From Eledone cirrhosa (taxonomy: Eukaryota): a stretch of 64,000 bases of DNA. Shown one piece after another: positions 26,364 to 39,665 of the stretch. Within the stretch, counting starts at the first letter, position 1; the number at the start of each line of letters is the position of its first letter. Under the pieces are notes generated by a model. The model was not told where the DNA came from, did no database searches, and saw only the letters and a list, made by a program, of their open reading frames with translations. The position numbers and the translations under genes are program-made. The stretch spans positions 259,656,001 to 259,720,000 of the forward strand of contig OZ024741.1 of NCBI GenBank assembly GCA_964016885.1, read 5' to 3'.

Positions 26364-27157
26364 CGTAAGTCGAAACACTCGTAAGCCGAAACACTCGTGA
26401 GCCGAAACACTCGTAAGTCGGAACACTCGTAAGTCAGAACACTCGTAAGTCAGAACACTCGTAAGTTAGAACACTCGTAAGTCAGAACACTCGTAAGTCA
26501 GAACACTCGTAAGTCGAAACACTCGTATCGAAACACTCGTATGTCAAAACACCCGTAAGTCAAAACACTCGTAAGTCGAAACACTCGTAAGTCGAAACAC
26601 TCGTAAGCCGAAACACTCGTAAGCCGAAACACTCGTAAGTCGGAACACTCGTAAGTCGGAACACTCGTAAGTCAGAACACTCGTAAGTCAGAACACTCGT
26701 AAGTCAGAACACTCGTAAGTCAGAACACTCGTAAGTCGAAACACTCGTATCGAAGCACTCGTATGTCAAAACACCCGTAAGTCAAAACACTCGTAAGTCG
26801 AAACACTCGTAAGTCGAAACACTCGTATGTCGAAACATCCGTAAATCAGAACACTCGTAAGTCGAAACACTCGTAAGTCGAAACACTCGTAAGCCGAAAC
26901 ACTCGTAAGTCGAAGCACTCGTATCGAAACACTCGTAAGTCGAAACACCCTTAAGTCAAAACACTCGTAAGCCAAAACACTCGTAAGTCGAAACACTCGT
27001 AAGTCGGAACACTCGTAAGTCAGAACACTCGTAAGTCAGAACACTCGTAAGTGGAAACACGCGTAAGTCGAAAGACCCGTAAGTCAAAAATCTCGTAAGT
27101 CAAAACACTCGTAAGCCGAAACACTCGTAAGTCGAAACACTCGTAAGTCGAAACATT

Positions 27158-27240
27158 CGTAAAGCGAAACGTATAAATAAAGATTAATGTAATGAACTTG
27201 AAAAGCATAGATATTTGAAACCGCGTCTATTTGTTATTTT
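27158..27240. repeat. 83-bp cassette, type A
   Basis: Same sequence as 6055-6137. Confidence 0.95.
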
Positions 27241-28338
27241 CGTAAGTCGAAACACTCGTAAGTCAGAACACTCGTAAGTCAGAACACTCGTATCGAAACA
27301 CGTATGTCAAAACACCCGTAAGTCAAAACACTCGTAAGTCGAAACACTCGTAAGTCGAAACACTCGTAAGCCGAAACAATCGTAAGTCAAAACACTCGTA
27401 AGTCGAAACACTCGTAAGCCGAAAATACTCGTAAGTCGGAACACCCGTAAGCCGAAACCCTCGTAGGTCGGAACACTCGTAAGTCGAAACACTCTTAAGT
27501 CGAAACACCCGTAAGTCGAAACACTCGTAAGTCGAAACACCCGTAAGTCGAAACATCCGTAAGTCAAAACACTCGTATGTCGAAACACTCGTAAGCCGAA
27601 ACACTCGTAAGTCGGAACACTCGCAAGTCAGAACACTCGTAAGTCAGAACACTCGTAAGTCGAAACACTCGTAAGTCGAAACACCCGTAAGTCGAAACGC
27701 CCGTAAGTCAAAACACTCGTATGTCGAAACACTCGCAAGCCGAAAAACCGTAAGTCAAAACACTCGTAAGTCGAAACACTCGTAAATCGAAACACTCGTA
27801 AGCCGAAACACTCGTAAGCGAAAACATTCGTTAGTCGAAACACTCGTAACCCGAAACACTCGTAAGTCGAAACACTCGAAAGCCGAAACACTCGTAAGTC
27901 GAAACACTCATAAGCCGAAACACTCGTAAGTCGGAACACTCGTAAGTCAGAACACCCGTAAATCAGAACACTCGTAGTCAGAACACTCGTAAGTCGAAAC
28001 ACTCGTAAGCCGAAACACTCGCAAGTCGAAGCACTCGTAATCCGAAACACTCTTAAGTCGAAACACTCGTAAGTCGGAACACTCGTAAGTCAGAACACTC
28101 GTAAGTCAGAACACTCGTAAGTCGAAACACTCGTAAGCCGAAACATCCGTAAGTCAAAACATCCGTAAGTCAAAACATTCGTAAGTCGAAACACCCGTAG
28201 TCGAAACACTCGCAAGTCGAAACACTCGTAAGTCGAAACACGCGTAAGTCGAAACACATGTAAGTCAAAACACTCGTAAGTCAAAACACTCGTAAGCCGA
28301 AACACTCGTAAGTCGAAACACTCGTAAGTCGAAACACT

Positions 28339-28421
28339 CGTAAAGCGAAACGTATCAATAAAGATTAATGTAATGAATTTGAAAAGCATAGAGATTTGAA
28401 ACCGCGTCTATTTGTTATTTT
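28339..28421. repeat. 83-bp cassette, type B
   Basis: Same sequence as 7236-7318. Confidence 0.95.
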
Positions 28422-29215
28422 CGTAAGTCGAAACACTCGTAAGCCGAAACACTCGTGAGCCGAAACACTCGTAAGTCGGAACACTCGTAAGTCAGAACAC
28501 TCGTAAGTCAGAACACTCGTAAGTTAGAACACTCGTAAGTCAGAACACTCGTAAGTCAGAACACTCGTAAGTCAAAACACTCGTATCGAAACACTCGTAT
28601 GTCAAAACACCCGTAAGTCAAAACACTCGTAAGTCGAAACACTCGTAAGTCGAAACACTCGTAAGCCGAAACACTCGAAAGCCGAAACACTCGTAAGTCG
28701 GAACACTCGTAAGTCGGAACACTCGTAAGTCAGAACACTCGTAAGTCAGAACACTCGTAAGTCAGAACACTCGTAAGTCGAAACACTCGTATCGAAACAC
28801 TCGTATGTCAAAACACCCGTAAGTCAAAACACTCGTAAGTCGAAACACTTGTAAGTCGAAACACTCGTATGTCGAAACATCCGTAAATCAGAACACTCGT
28901 AAGTCGAAACACTCGTAAGTCGAAACACTCGTAAGCCGAAACACTCGTAAGTCGAAGCACTCGTATCGAAACACTCGTAAGTCGAAACACCCTTAAGTCA
29001 AAACACTCGTAAGCCAAAACACTCGTAAGTCGAAACACTCGTAAGTCGGAACACTCGTAAGTCAGAACACTCGTAAGTCAGAACACTCGTAAGTGGAAAC
29101 ACGCGTAAGTCGAAAGACCCGTAAGTCAAAAATCTCGTAAGTCAAAACACTCGTAAGCCGAAACACTCGTAAGTCGAAACACTCGTAAGTCGAAACACTC
29201 GTAAGTCGAAACATT

Positions 29216-29298
29216 CGTAAAGCGAAACGTATAAATAAAGATTAATGTAATGAACTTGAAAAGCATAGATATTTGAAACCGCGTCTATTTGTTATTTT
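29216..29298. repeat. 83-bp cassette, type A
   Basis: Same sequence as 6055-6137. Confidence 0.95.
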
Positions 29299-31647
29299 CG
29301 TAAGTCGAAACACTCGTAAGTCAGAACACTCGTAAGTCAGAACACTCTTAAGTCAGAACACTCGTATCGAAACACGTATGTCAAAACACACGTAAGTCAA
29401 AACACTCGTAAGTCGAAACACTCGTAAGTCGAAACACTCGTAAGCCGAAACAATCGTAAGTCAAAACACTCGTAAGTCGAAACACTCGTAAGCCGAAAAT
29501 ACTCGTAAGTCGGAACACCCGTAAGCCGAAACCCTCGTAGGTCGGAACACTCGTAAGTCAAAACACTCGTAAGTCGAAACACCCGTAAGTCGAAACACTC
29601 GTAAGTCGAAACACCCGTAAGTCGAAACATCCGTAAGTCAAAACACTCGTATGTCGAAACACTCGTAAGCCGAAACACTCGTAAGTCAGAACACTCGTAA
29701 GTCAGAACACTCGTAAGTCGAAACACTCATAAGTCGAAACACTCGTAAGTCGAAACACCCGTAAGTCGAAACACCCGTAAGTCGAAACACTCGTATGTCG
29801 AATAACTCGTAAGCCGAAACACCGTAAGTCAAAACACTCGTAAGTCGAAACACTCGTAAGTCGAAACACCCATAAGCCGAAACATTCGTAAGCCAAAACA
29901 TTCGTAAGTCGAAACACTCGTAAACCGAAACACTCGTAAGCCAAAACATTCGTAAGTCGAAACACTCGTAAGTCGAAACACCCATAGCCGAAACACTTGT
30001 AAGTCTGAACACACGTAAGTCAGAACACCCGTAAGTCAGAACACTCGTAAGTCAGAACACTCGTAAGTCAGAACACTCGTAAGTCAGAGCACTCGTATCG
30101 AAACACTCGTATGTCAAAACACCCGTAAGTCAAAACACTCGTAAGTCGAAACACTCGTAAGCCGAAACACCGTAAGCCAAAACACTCGTAAGTCGAAACA
30201 CCCGTAAGTCGGAACACTCGTAAGTCGAAACACTCGTAAGTCGAAACACTCGTAAGCCGAAACACTCGTAAGCCGAAACACTCGTAAGTCGGAACACTCG
30301 TAAGTCGGAACACTCGTAAGTCAGAACACTCGTAAGTCAGAACACTCGTAAGTCAGAACACTCGTAAGTCAGAACACTCGTAAGTCGAAACACTCGTATC
30401 GAAACACTCGTATGTCAAAACACCCGTAAGTCAAAACACTCGTAAGTCGAAACACTCGTAAGTCGAAACATTCGTATGTCGAAACATCCGTAAATCAGAA
30501 CACTCGTAAGTCGAAACACTCGTAAGTCGAAACACTCGTAAGCCGAAACACTCGTAAGTCGAAGCACTCGTATCGAAACACTCGTAAGTCGAAACACCCT
30601 TAAGTCAAAACACTCGTAAGCCAAAACACTCGTAAGTCGAAACACTCGTAAGTCGGAACACTCGTAAGTCAGAACACTCGTAAGTGGAAACACGCGTAAG
30701 TCGAAACACTCATAAGTCGAAACACTCGTAAGTCGAAACACCCGTAAGTCGAAACACCCGTAAGTCGAAACACTCGTATGTCGAATAACTCGTAAGCCGA
30801 AACACCGTAAGTCAAAACACTCGTAAGTCGAAACACTCGTAAGTCGAAACACCCATAAGCCGAAACACTCGTAAGCCAAAACATTCGTAAGTCGAAACAC
30901 TCGTAAACCGAAACACTCGTAAGCCAAAACATTCGTAAGTCGAAACACTCGTAAGTCGAAACACCCATAGCCGAAACACTCGTAAGTCTGAACACACGTA
31001 AGTCAGAACAGCCGTAAGTCAGAACACTCGTAAGTCAGAACACTCGTAAGTCAGAACACTCGTAAGTCAGAGCACTCGTATCGAAACACTCGTATGTCAA
31101 AACACCCGTAAGTCAAAACACTCGTAAGTCGAAACACTCGTAAGCCGAAACACCGTAAGCCAAAACACTCGTAAGTCGAAACACCCGTAAGTCGGAACAC
31201 TCGTAAGTCGAAACACTCGTAAGTCGAAACACTCGTAAGCCGAAACACTCGTAAGCCGAAACACTCGTAAGTCGGAACACTCGTAAGTCGGAACACTCGT
31301 AAGTCAGAACACTCGTAAGTCAGAACACTCGTAAGTCAGAACACTCGTAAGTCGAAACACTCGTAAGTCGAAACACTCGTAAGCCGAAACACTCGTAAGT
31401 CGAAGCACTCGTATCGAAACACTCGTAAGTCGAAACACCCTTAAGTCAAAACACTCGTAAGCCAAAACACTCGTAAGTCGAAACACTCGTAAGTCGGAAC
31501 ACTCGTAAGTCAGAACACTCGTAAGTCAGAACACTCGTAAGTGGAAACACGCGTAAGTTGAAAGACCCGTAAGTCAAAAATCTCGTAAGTCAAAACACTC
31601 GTAAGCCGAAACACTCGTAAGTCGAAACACTCGTAAGTCGAAACATT

Positions 31648-31730
31648 CGTAAAGCGAAACGTATAAATAAAGATTAATGTAATGAACTTGAAAAGCATAG
31701 ATATTTGAAACCGCGTCTATTTGTTATTTT
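31648..31730. repeat. 83-bp cassette, type A
   Basis: Same sequence as 6055-6137. Confidence 0.95.
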
Positions 31731-32828
31731 CGTAAGTCGAAACACTCGTAAGTCAGAACACTCGTAAGTCAGAACACTCGTATCGAAACACGTATGTCAA
31801 AACACCCGTAAGTCAAAACACTCGTAAGTCGAAACACTCGTAAGTCGAAACACTCGTAAGCCGAAACAATCGTAAGTCAAAACACTCGTAAGTCGAAACA
31901 CTCGTAAGCCGAAAATACTCGTAAGTTGGAACACCCGTAAGCCGAAACCCTCGTAGGTCGGAACACTCGTAAGTCGAAACACTCTTAAGTCGAAACACCC
32001 GTAAGTCGAAACACTCGTAAGTCGAAACACCCGTAAGTCGAAACATCCGTAAGTCAAAACACTCGTATGTCGAAACACTCGTAAGCCGAAACACTCGTAA
32101 GTCGGAACACTCGCAAGTCAGAACACTCGTAAGTCAGAACACTCGTAAGTCGAAACACTCGTAAGTCGAAACACCCGTAAGTCGAAACGCCCGTAAGTCA
32201 AAACACTCGTATGTCGAAACACTCGCAAGCCGAAAAACCGTAAGTCAAAACACTCGTAAGTCGAAACACTCGTAAATCGAAACACTCGTAAGCCGAAACA
32301 CTCGTAAGCGAAAACATTCGTTAGTCGAAACACTCGTAACCCGAAACACTCGTAAGTCGAAACACTCGAAAGCCGAAACACTCGTAAGTCGAAACACTCA
32401 TAAGCCGAAACACTCGTAAGTCGGAACACTCGTAAGTCAGAACACCCGTAAATCAGAACACTCGTAGTCAGAACACTCGTAAGTCGAAACACTCGTAAGC
32501 CGAAACACTCGCAAGTCGAAGCACTCGTAATCCGAAACACTCTTAAGTCGAAACACTCGTAAGTCGGAACACTCGTAAGTCAGAACACTCGTAAGTCAGA
32601 ACACTCGTAAGTCGAAACACTCGTAAGCCGAAACATCCGTAAGTCAAAACATCCGTAAGTCAAAACATTCGTAAGTCGAAACACCCGTAGTCGAAACACT
32701 CGCAAGTCGAAACACTCGTAAGTCGAAACACGCGTAAGTCGAAACACATGTAAGTCAAAACACTCGTAAGTCAAAACACTCGTAAGCCGAAACACTCGTA
32801 AGTCGAAACACTCGTAAGTCGAAACACT

Positions 32829-32911
32829 CGTAAAGCGAAACGTATCAATAAAGATTAATGTAATGAATTTGAAAAGCATAGAGATTTGAAACCGCGTCTA
32901 TTTGTTATTTT
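32829..32911. repeat. 83-bp cassette, type B
   Basis: Same sequence as 7236-7318. Confidence 0.95.
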
Positions 32912-33721
32912 CGTAAGTCGAAACACTCGTAAGCCGAAACACTCGTGAGCCGAAACACTCGTAAGTCGGAACACTCGTAAGTCAGAACACTCGTAAGTCA
33001 GAACACTCGTAAGTTAGAACACTCGTAAGTCAGAACACTCGTAAGTCAGAACACTCGTAAGTCGAAACACTCGTATCGAAACACTCGTATGTCAAAACAC
33101 CCGTAAGTCAAAACACTCGTAAGTCGAAACACTCGTAAGTCGAAACACTCGTAAGCCGAAACACTCGAAAGCCGAAACACTCGTAAGTCGGAACACTCGT
33201 AAGTCGGAACACTCGTAAGTCAGAACACTCGTAAGTCAGAACACTCGTAAGTCAGAACACTCGTAAGTCAGAACACTCGTAAGTCGAAACACTCGTATCG
33301 AAACACTCGTATGTCAAAACACCCGTAAGTCAAAACACTCGTAAGTCGAAACACTTGTAAGTCGAAACACTCGTATGTCGAAACATCCGTAAATCAGAAC
33401 ACTCGTAAGTCGAAACACTCGTAAGTCGAAACACTCGTAAGCCGAAACACTCGTAAGTCGAAGCACTCGTATCGAAACACTCGTAAGTCGAAACACCCTT
33501 AAGTCAAAACACTCGTAAGCCAAAACACTCGTAAGTCGAAACACTCGTAAGTCGGAACACTCGTAAGTCAGAACACTCGTAAGTCAGAACACTCGTAAGT
33601 GGAAACACGCGTAAGTCGAAAGACCCGTAAGTCAAAAATCTCGTAAGTCAAAACACTCGTAAGCCGAAACACTCGTAAGTCGAAACACTCGTAAGTCGAA
33701 ACACTCGTAAGTCGAAACATT

Positions 33722-33804
33722 CGTAAAGCGAAACGTATAAATAAAGATTAATGTAATGAACTTGAAAAGCATAGATATTTGAAACCGCGTCTATTTGTTA
33801 TTTT
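33722..33804. repeat. 83-bp cassette, type A
   Basis: Same sequence as 6055-6137. Confidence 0.95.
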
Positions 33805-36311
33805 CGTAAGTCGAAACACTCGTAAGTCAGAACACTCGTAAGTCAGAACACTCTTAAGTCAGAACACTCGTATCGAAACACGTATGTCAAAACACCCGTA
33901 AGTCAAAACACTCGTAAGTCGAAACACTCGTAAGTCGAAACACTCGTAAGCCGAAACAATCGTAAGTCAAAACACTCGTAAGTCGAAACACTCGTAAGCC
34001 GAAAATACTCGTAAGTCGGAACACCCGTAAGCCGAAACCCTCGTAGGTCGGAACACTCGTAAGTCAAAACACTCGTAAGTCGAAACACCCGTAAGTCGAA
34101 ACACTCGTAAGTCGAAACACCCGTAAGTCGAAACATCCGTAAGTCAAAACACTCGTATGTCGAAACACTCGTAAGCCGAAACACTCGTAAGTCAGAACAC
34201 TCGTAAGTCAGAACACTCGTAAGTCGAAACACTCATAAGTCGAAACACTCGTAAGTCGAAACACCCGTAAGTCGAAACACCCGTAAGTCGAAACACTCGT
34301 ATGTCGAATAACTCGTAAGCCGAAACACCGTAAGTCAAAACACTCGTAAGTCGAAACACTCGTAAGTCGAAACACCCATAAGCCGAAACATTCGTAAGCC
34401 AAAACATTCGTAAGTCGAAACACTCGTAAACCGAAACACTCGTAAGCCAAAACATTCGTAAGTCGAAACACTCGTAAGTCGAAACACCCATAGCCGAAAC
34501 ACTTGTAAGTCTGAACACACGTAAGTCAGAACACCCGTAAGTCAGAACACTCGTAAGTCAGAACACTCGTAAGTCAGAACACTCGTAAGTCAGAGCACTC
34601 GTATCGAAACACTCGTATGTCAAAACACCCGTAAGTCAAAACACTCGTAAGTCGAAATACTCGTAAGCCGAAACACCGTAAGCCAAAACACTCGTAAGTC
34701 GAAACACCCGTAAGTCGGAACACTCGTAAGTCGAAACACTCGTAAGTGGAAACACTCGTAAGCCGAAACACTCGTAAGCCGAAACACTCGTAAGTCGGAA
34801 CACTCGTAAGTCGGAACACTCGTAAGTCAGAACACTCGTAAGTCAGAACACTCGTAAGTCAGAACACTCGTAAGTCAGAACACTCGTAAGTCGAAACACT
34901 CGTATCGAAACACTCGTATGTCAAAACACCCGTAAGTCAAAACACTCGTAAGTCGAAACACTCGTAAGTCGAAACATTCGTATGTCGAAACATCCGTAAA
35001 TCAGAACACTCGTAAGTCGAAACACTCGTAAGTCGAAACACTCGTAAGCCGAAACACTCGTAAGTCGAAGCACTCGTATCGAAACACTCGTAAGTCGAAA
35101 CACCCTTAAGTCAAAACACTCGTAAGCCAAAACACTCGTAAGTCGAAACACTCGTAAGTCGGAACACTCGTAAGTCAGAACACTCGTAAGTCAGAACACT
35201 CGTAAGTGGAAACACGCGTAAGTCGAAACACTCATAAGTCGAAACACTCGTAAGTCGAAACACCCGTAAGTCGAAACACCCGTAAGTCGAAACACTCGTA
35301 TGTCGAATAACTCGTAAGCCGAAACACCGTAAGTCAAAACACTCGTAAGTCGAAACACTCGTAAGTCGAAACACCCATAAGCCGAAACACTCGTAAGCCA
35401 AAACATTCGTAAGTCGAAACACTCGTAAACCGAAACACTCGTAAGCCAAAACATTCGTAAGTCGAAACACTCGTAAGTCGAAACACCCATAGCCGAAACA
35501 CTCGTAAGTCTGAACACACGTAAGTCAGAACAGCCGTAAGTCAGAACACTCGTAAGTCAGAACACTCGTAAGTCAGAACACTCGTAAGTCAGAGCACTCG
35601 TATCGAAACACTCGTATGTCAAAACACCCGTAAGTCAAAACACTCGTAAGTCGAAACACTCGTAAGCCGAAACACCGTAAGCCAAAACACTCGTAAGTCG
35701 AAACACCCGTAAGTCGGAACACTCGTAAGTCGAAACACTCGTAAGTCGAAACACTCGTAAGCCGAAACACTCGTAAGCCGAAACACTCGTAAGTCGGAAC
35801 ACTCGTAAGTCGGAACACTCGTAAGTCAGAACACTCGTAAGTCAGAACACTCGTAAGTCAGAACACTCGTAAGTCAGAACACTCGTAAGTCGAAACACTC
35901 GTATCGAAACACTCGTATGTCAAAACACCCGTAAGTCAAAACACTCGTAAGTCGAAACACTCGTAAGTCGAAACACTCGTATGTCGAAACATCCGTAAAT
36001 CAGAACACTCGTAAGTCGAAACACTCGTAAGTTGAAACACTCGTAAGCCGAAACACTCGTAAGTCGAAGCACTCGTATCGAAACACTCGTAAGTCGAAAC
36101 ACCCTTAAGTCAAAACACTCGTAAGCCAAAACACTCGTAAGTCGAAACACTCGTAAGTCGGAACACTCGTAAGTCAGAACACTCGTAAGTCAGAACACTC
36201 GTAAGTGGAAACACGCGTAAGTCGAAAGACCCGTAAGTCAAAAATCTCGTAAGTCAAAACACTCGTAAGCCGAAACACTCGTAAGTCGAAACACTCGTAA
36301 GTCGAAACATT

Positions 36312-36394
36312 CGTAAAGCGAAACGTATAAATAAAGATTAATGTAATGAACTTGAAAAGCATAGATATTTGAAACCGCGTCTATTTGTTATTTT
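36312..36394. repeat. 83-bp cassette, type A
   Basis: Same sequence as 6055-6137. Confidence 0.95.
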
Positions 36395-37508
36395 CGTAAG
36401 TCGAAACACTCGTAAGTCAGAACACTCGTAAGTCAGAACACTCTTAAGTCAGAACACTCGTATCGAAACACGTATGTCAAAACACCCGTAAGTCAAAACA
36501 CTCGTAAGTCGAAACACTCGTAAGTCGAAACACTCGTAAGCCGAAACAAACGTAAGTCAAAACACTCGTAAGTCGAAACACTCGTAAGCCGAAAATACTC
36601 GTAAGTCGGAACACCCGTAAGCCGAAACCCTCGTAGGTCGGAACACTCGTAAGTCGAAACACTCGTAAGTCGAAACACCCGTAAGTCGAAACACTCGTAA
36701 GTCGAAACACCCGTAAGTCGAAACATCCGTAAGTCAAAACACTCGTATGTCGAAACACTCGTAAGCCGAAACACTCGTAAGTCGGAACACTCGCAAGTCA
36801 GAACACTCGTAAGTCAGAACACTCGTAAGTCGAAACACTCGTAAGTCGAAACACCCGTAAGTCGAAACGCCCGTAAGTCAAAACACTCGTATGTCGAAAC
36901 ACTCGCAAGCCGAAAAACCGTAAGTCAAAACACTCGTAAGTCGAAACACTCGTAAATCGAAACACTCGTAAGCCGAAACACTCGTAAGCGAAAACATTCG
37001 TTAGTCGAAACACTCGTATCCCGAAACACTCGTAAGTCGAAACACTCGAAAGCCGAAACACTCATAAGTCGAAACACTCATAAGCCGAAACACTCGTAAG
37101 TCGGAACACTCGTAAGTCAGAACACCCGTAAATCAGAACACTCGTAGTCAGAACACTCGTAAGTCGAAACACTCGTAAGCCGAAACACTCGCAAGTCGAA
37201 GCACTCGTAATCCGAAACACTCTTAAGTCGAAACACTCGTAAGTCGGAACACTCGTAAGTCAGAACACTCGTAAGTCAGAACACTCGTACGTCGAAACAC
37301 TCGTAAGCCGAAACATCCGTAAGTCAAAACATCCGTAAGTCAAAACATTCGTAAGTCGAAACACCCGTAGTCGAAACACTCGCAAGTCGAAACACTCGTA
37401 AGTCGAAACACGCGTAAGTCGAAACACATGTAAGTCAAAACACTCGTAAGTCAAAACACTCGTAAGCCGAAACACTCGTAAGTCGAAACACTCGTAAGTC
37501 GAAACACT

Positions 37509-37591
37509 CGTAAAGCGAAACGTATAAATAAATATTAATGTAATGAATTTGAAAAGCATAGAGATTTGAAACCGCGTCTATTTGTTATTTT
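37509..37591. repeat. 83-bp cassette, type B2
   Basis: Same sequence as 15132-15214. Confidence 0.95.
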
Positions 37592-38385
37592 CGTAAGTCG
37601 AAACACTCGTAAGCCGAAACACTCGTGAGCCGAAACACTCGTAAGTCGGAACACTCGTAAGTCAGAACACTCGTAAGTCAGAACACTCGTAAGTTAGAAC
37701 ACTCGTAAGTCAGAACACTCGTAAGTCAGAACACTCGTAAGTCGAAACACTCGTATCGAAACACTCGTATGTCAAAACACCCGTAAGTCAAAACACTCGT
37801 AAGTCGAAACACTCGTAAGTCGAAACACTCGTAAGCCGAAACACTCGTAAGCCGAAACACTCGTAAGTCGGAACACTCGTAAGTCGGAACACTCGTAAGT
37901 CAGAACACTCGTAAGTCAGAACACTCGTAAGTCAGAACACTCGTAAGTCAGAACACTCGTAAGTCGAAACACTCGTATCGAAGCACTCGTATGTCAAAAC
38001 ACCCGTAAGTCAAAACACTCGTAAGTCGAAACACTCGTAAGTCGAAACACTCGTATGTCGAAACATCCGTAAATCAGAACACTCGTAAGTCGAAACACTC
38101 GTAAGTCGAAACACTCGTAAGCCGAAACACTCGTAAGTCGAAGCACTCGTATCGAAACACTCGTAAGTCGAAACACCCTTAAGTCAAAACACTCGTAAGC
38201 CAAAACACTCGTAAGTCGAAACACTCGTAAGTCGGAACACTCGTAAGTCAGAACACTCGTAAGTCAGAACACTCGTAAGTGGAAACACGCGTAAGTCGAA
38301 AGACCCGTAAGTCAAAAATCTCGTAAGTCAAAACACTCGTAAGCCGAAACACTCGTAAGTCGAAACACTCGTAAGTCGAAACATT

Positions 38386-38468
38386 CGTAAAGCGAAACGT
38401 ATAAATAAAGATTAATGTAATGAACTTGAAAAGCATAGATATTTGAAACCGCGTCTATTTGTTATTTT
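38386..38468. repeat. 83-bp cassette, type A
   Basis: Same sequence as 6055-6137. Confidence 0.95.
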
Positions 38469-39582
38469 CGTAAGTCGAAACACTCGTAAGTCAGAACACT
38501 CGTAAGTCAGAACACTCTTAAGTCAGAACACTCGTATCGAAACACGTATGTCAAAACACCCGTAAGTCAAAACACTCGTAAGTCGAAACACTCGTAAGTC
38601 GAAACACTCGTAAGCCGAAACAATCGTAAGTCAAAACACTCGTAAGTCGAAACACTCGTAAGCCGAAAATACTCGTAAGTCGGAACACCCGTAAGCCGAA
38701 ACCCTAGTAGGTCGGAACACTCGTAAGTCGAAACACTCGTAAGTCGAAACACCCGTAAGTCGAAACACTCGTAAGTCGAAACACCCGTAAGTCGAAACAT
38801 CCGTAAGTCAAAACACTCGTATGTCGAAACACTCGTAAGCCGAAACACTCGTAAGTCGGAACACTCGCAAGTCAGAACACTCGTAAGTCAGAACACTCGT
38901 AAGTCGAAACACTCGTAAGTCGAAACACCCGTAAGTCGAAACGCCCGTAAGTCAAAACACTCGTATGTCGAAACACTCGCAAGCCGAAAAACCGTAAGTC
39001 AAAACACTCGTAAGTCGAAACACTCGTAAATCGAAACACTCGTAAGCCGAAACACTCGTAAGCGAAAACATTCGTTAGTCGAAACACTCGTAACCCGAAA
39101 CACTCGTAAGTCGAAACACTCGAAAGCCGAAACACTCGTAAGTCGAAACACTCATAAGCCGAAACACTCGTAAGTCGGAACACTCGTAAGTCAGAACACC
39201 CGTAAATCAGAACACTCGTAGTCAGAACACTCGTAAGTCAAAACACTCGTAAGCCGAAACACTCGCAAGTCGAAGCACTCGTAATCCGAAACACTCTTAA
39301 GTCGAAACACTCGTAAGTCGGAACACTCGTAAGTCAGAACACTCGTAAGTCAGAACACTCGTAAGTCGAAACACTCGTAAGCCGAAACATCCGTAAGTCA
39401 AAACATCCGTAAGTCAAAACATTCGTAAGTCGAAACACCCGTAGTCGAAACACTCGCAAGTCGAAACACTCGTAAGTCGAAACACGCGTAAGTCGAAACA
39501 CATGTAAGTCAAAACACTCGTAAGTCAAAACACTCGTAAGCCGAAACACTCGTAAGTCGAAACACTCGTAAGTCGAAACACT

Positions 39583-39665
39583 CGTAAAGCGAAACGTATA
39601 AATAAATATTAATGTAATGAATTTGAAAAGCATAGAGATTTGAAACCGCGTCTATTTGTTATTTT
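39583..39665. repeat. 83-bp cassette, type B2
   Basis: Same sequence as 15132-15214. Confidence 0.95.

Larger units (their letters stand above)
5663..37993. repeat. ~11.2-kb higher-order repeat, 3 tandem copies (9954, 11149 and 11228 bp)
   Basis: Equivalent positions at 5663, 15617, 26766 and 37994. The variant strings and cassette spacings repeat at these offsets (e.g. 16059/27208, 19266/30415, 25213/36362). Unit phase is arbitrary. Confidence 0.92.

Noticed and set aside
15617-37993. HOR copies as pure assembly artefact
   Set aside because: Copies carry private substitutions and in-phase indels with a consistent sharing pattern. An artefact is therefore unlikely, though only spanning reads can exclude it.
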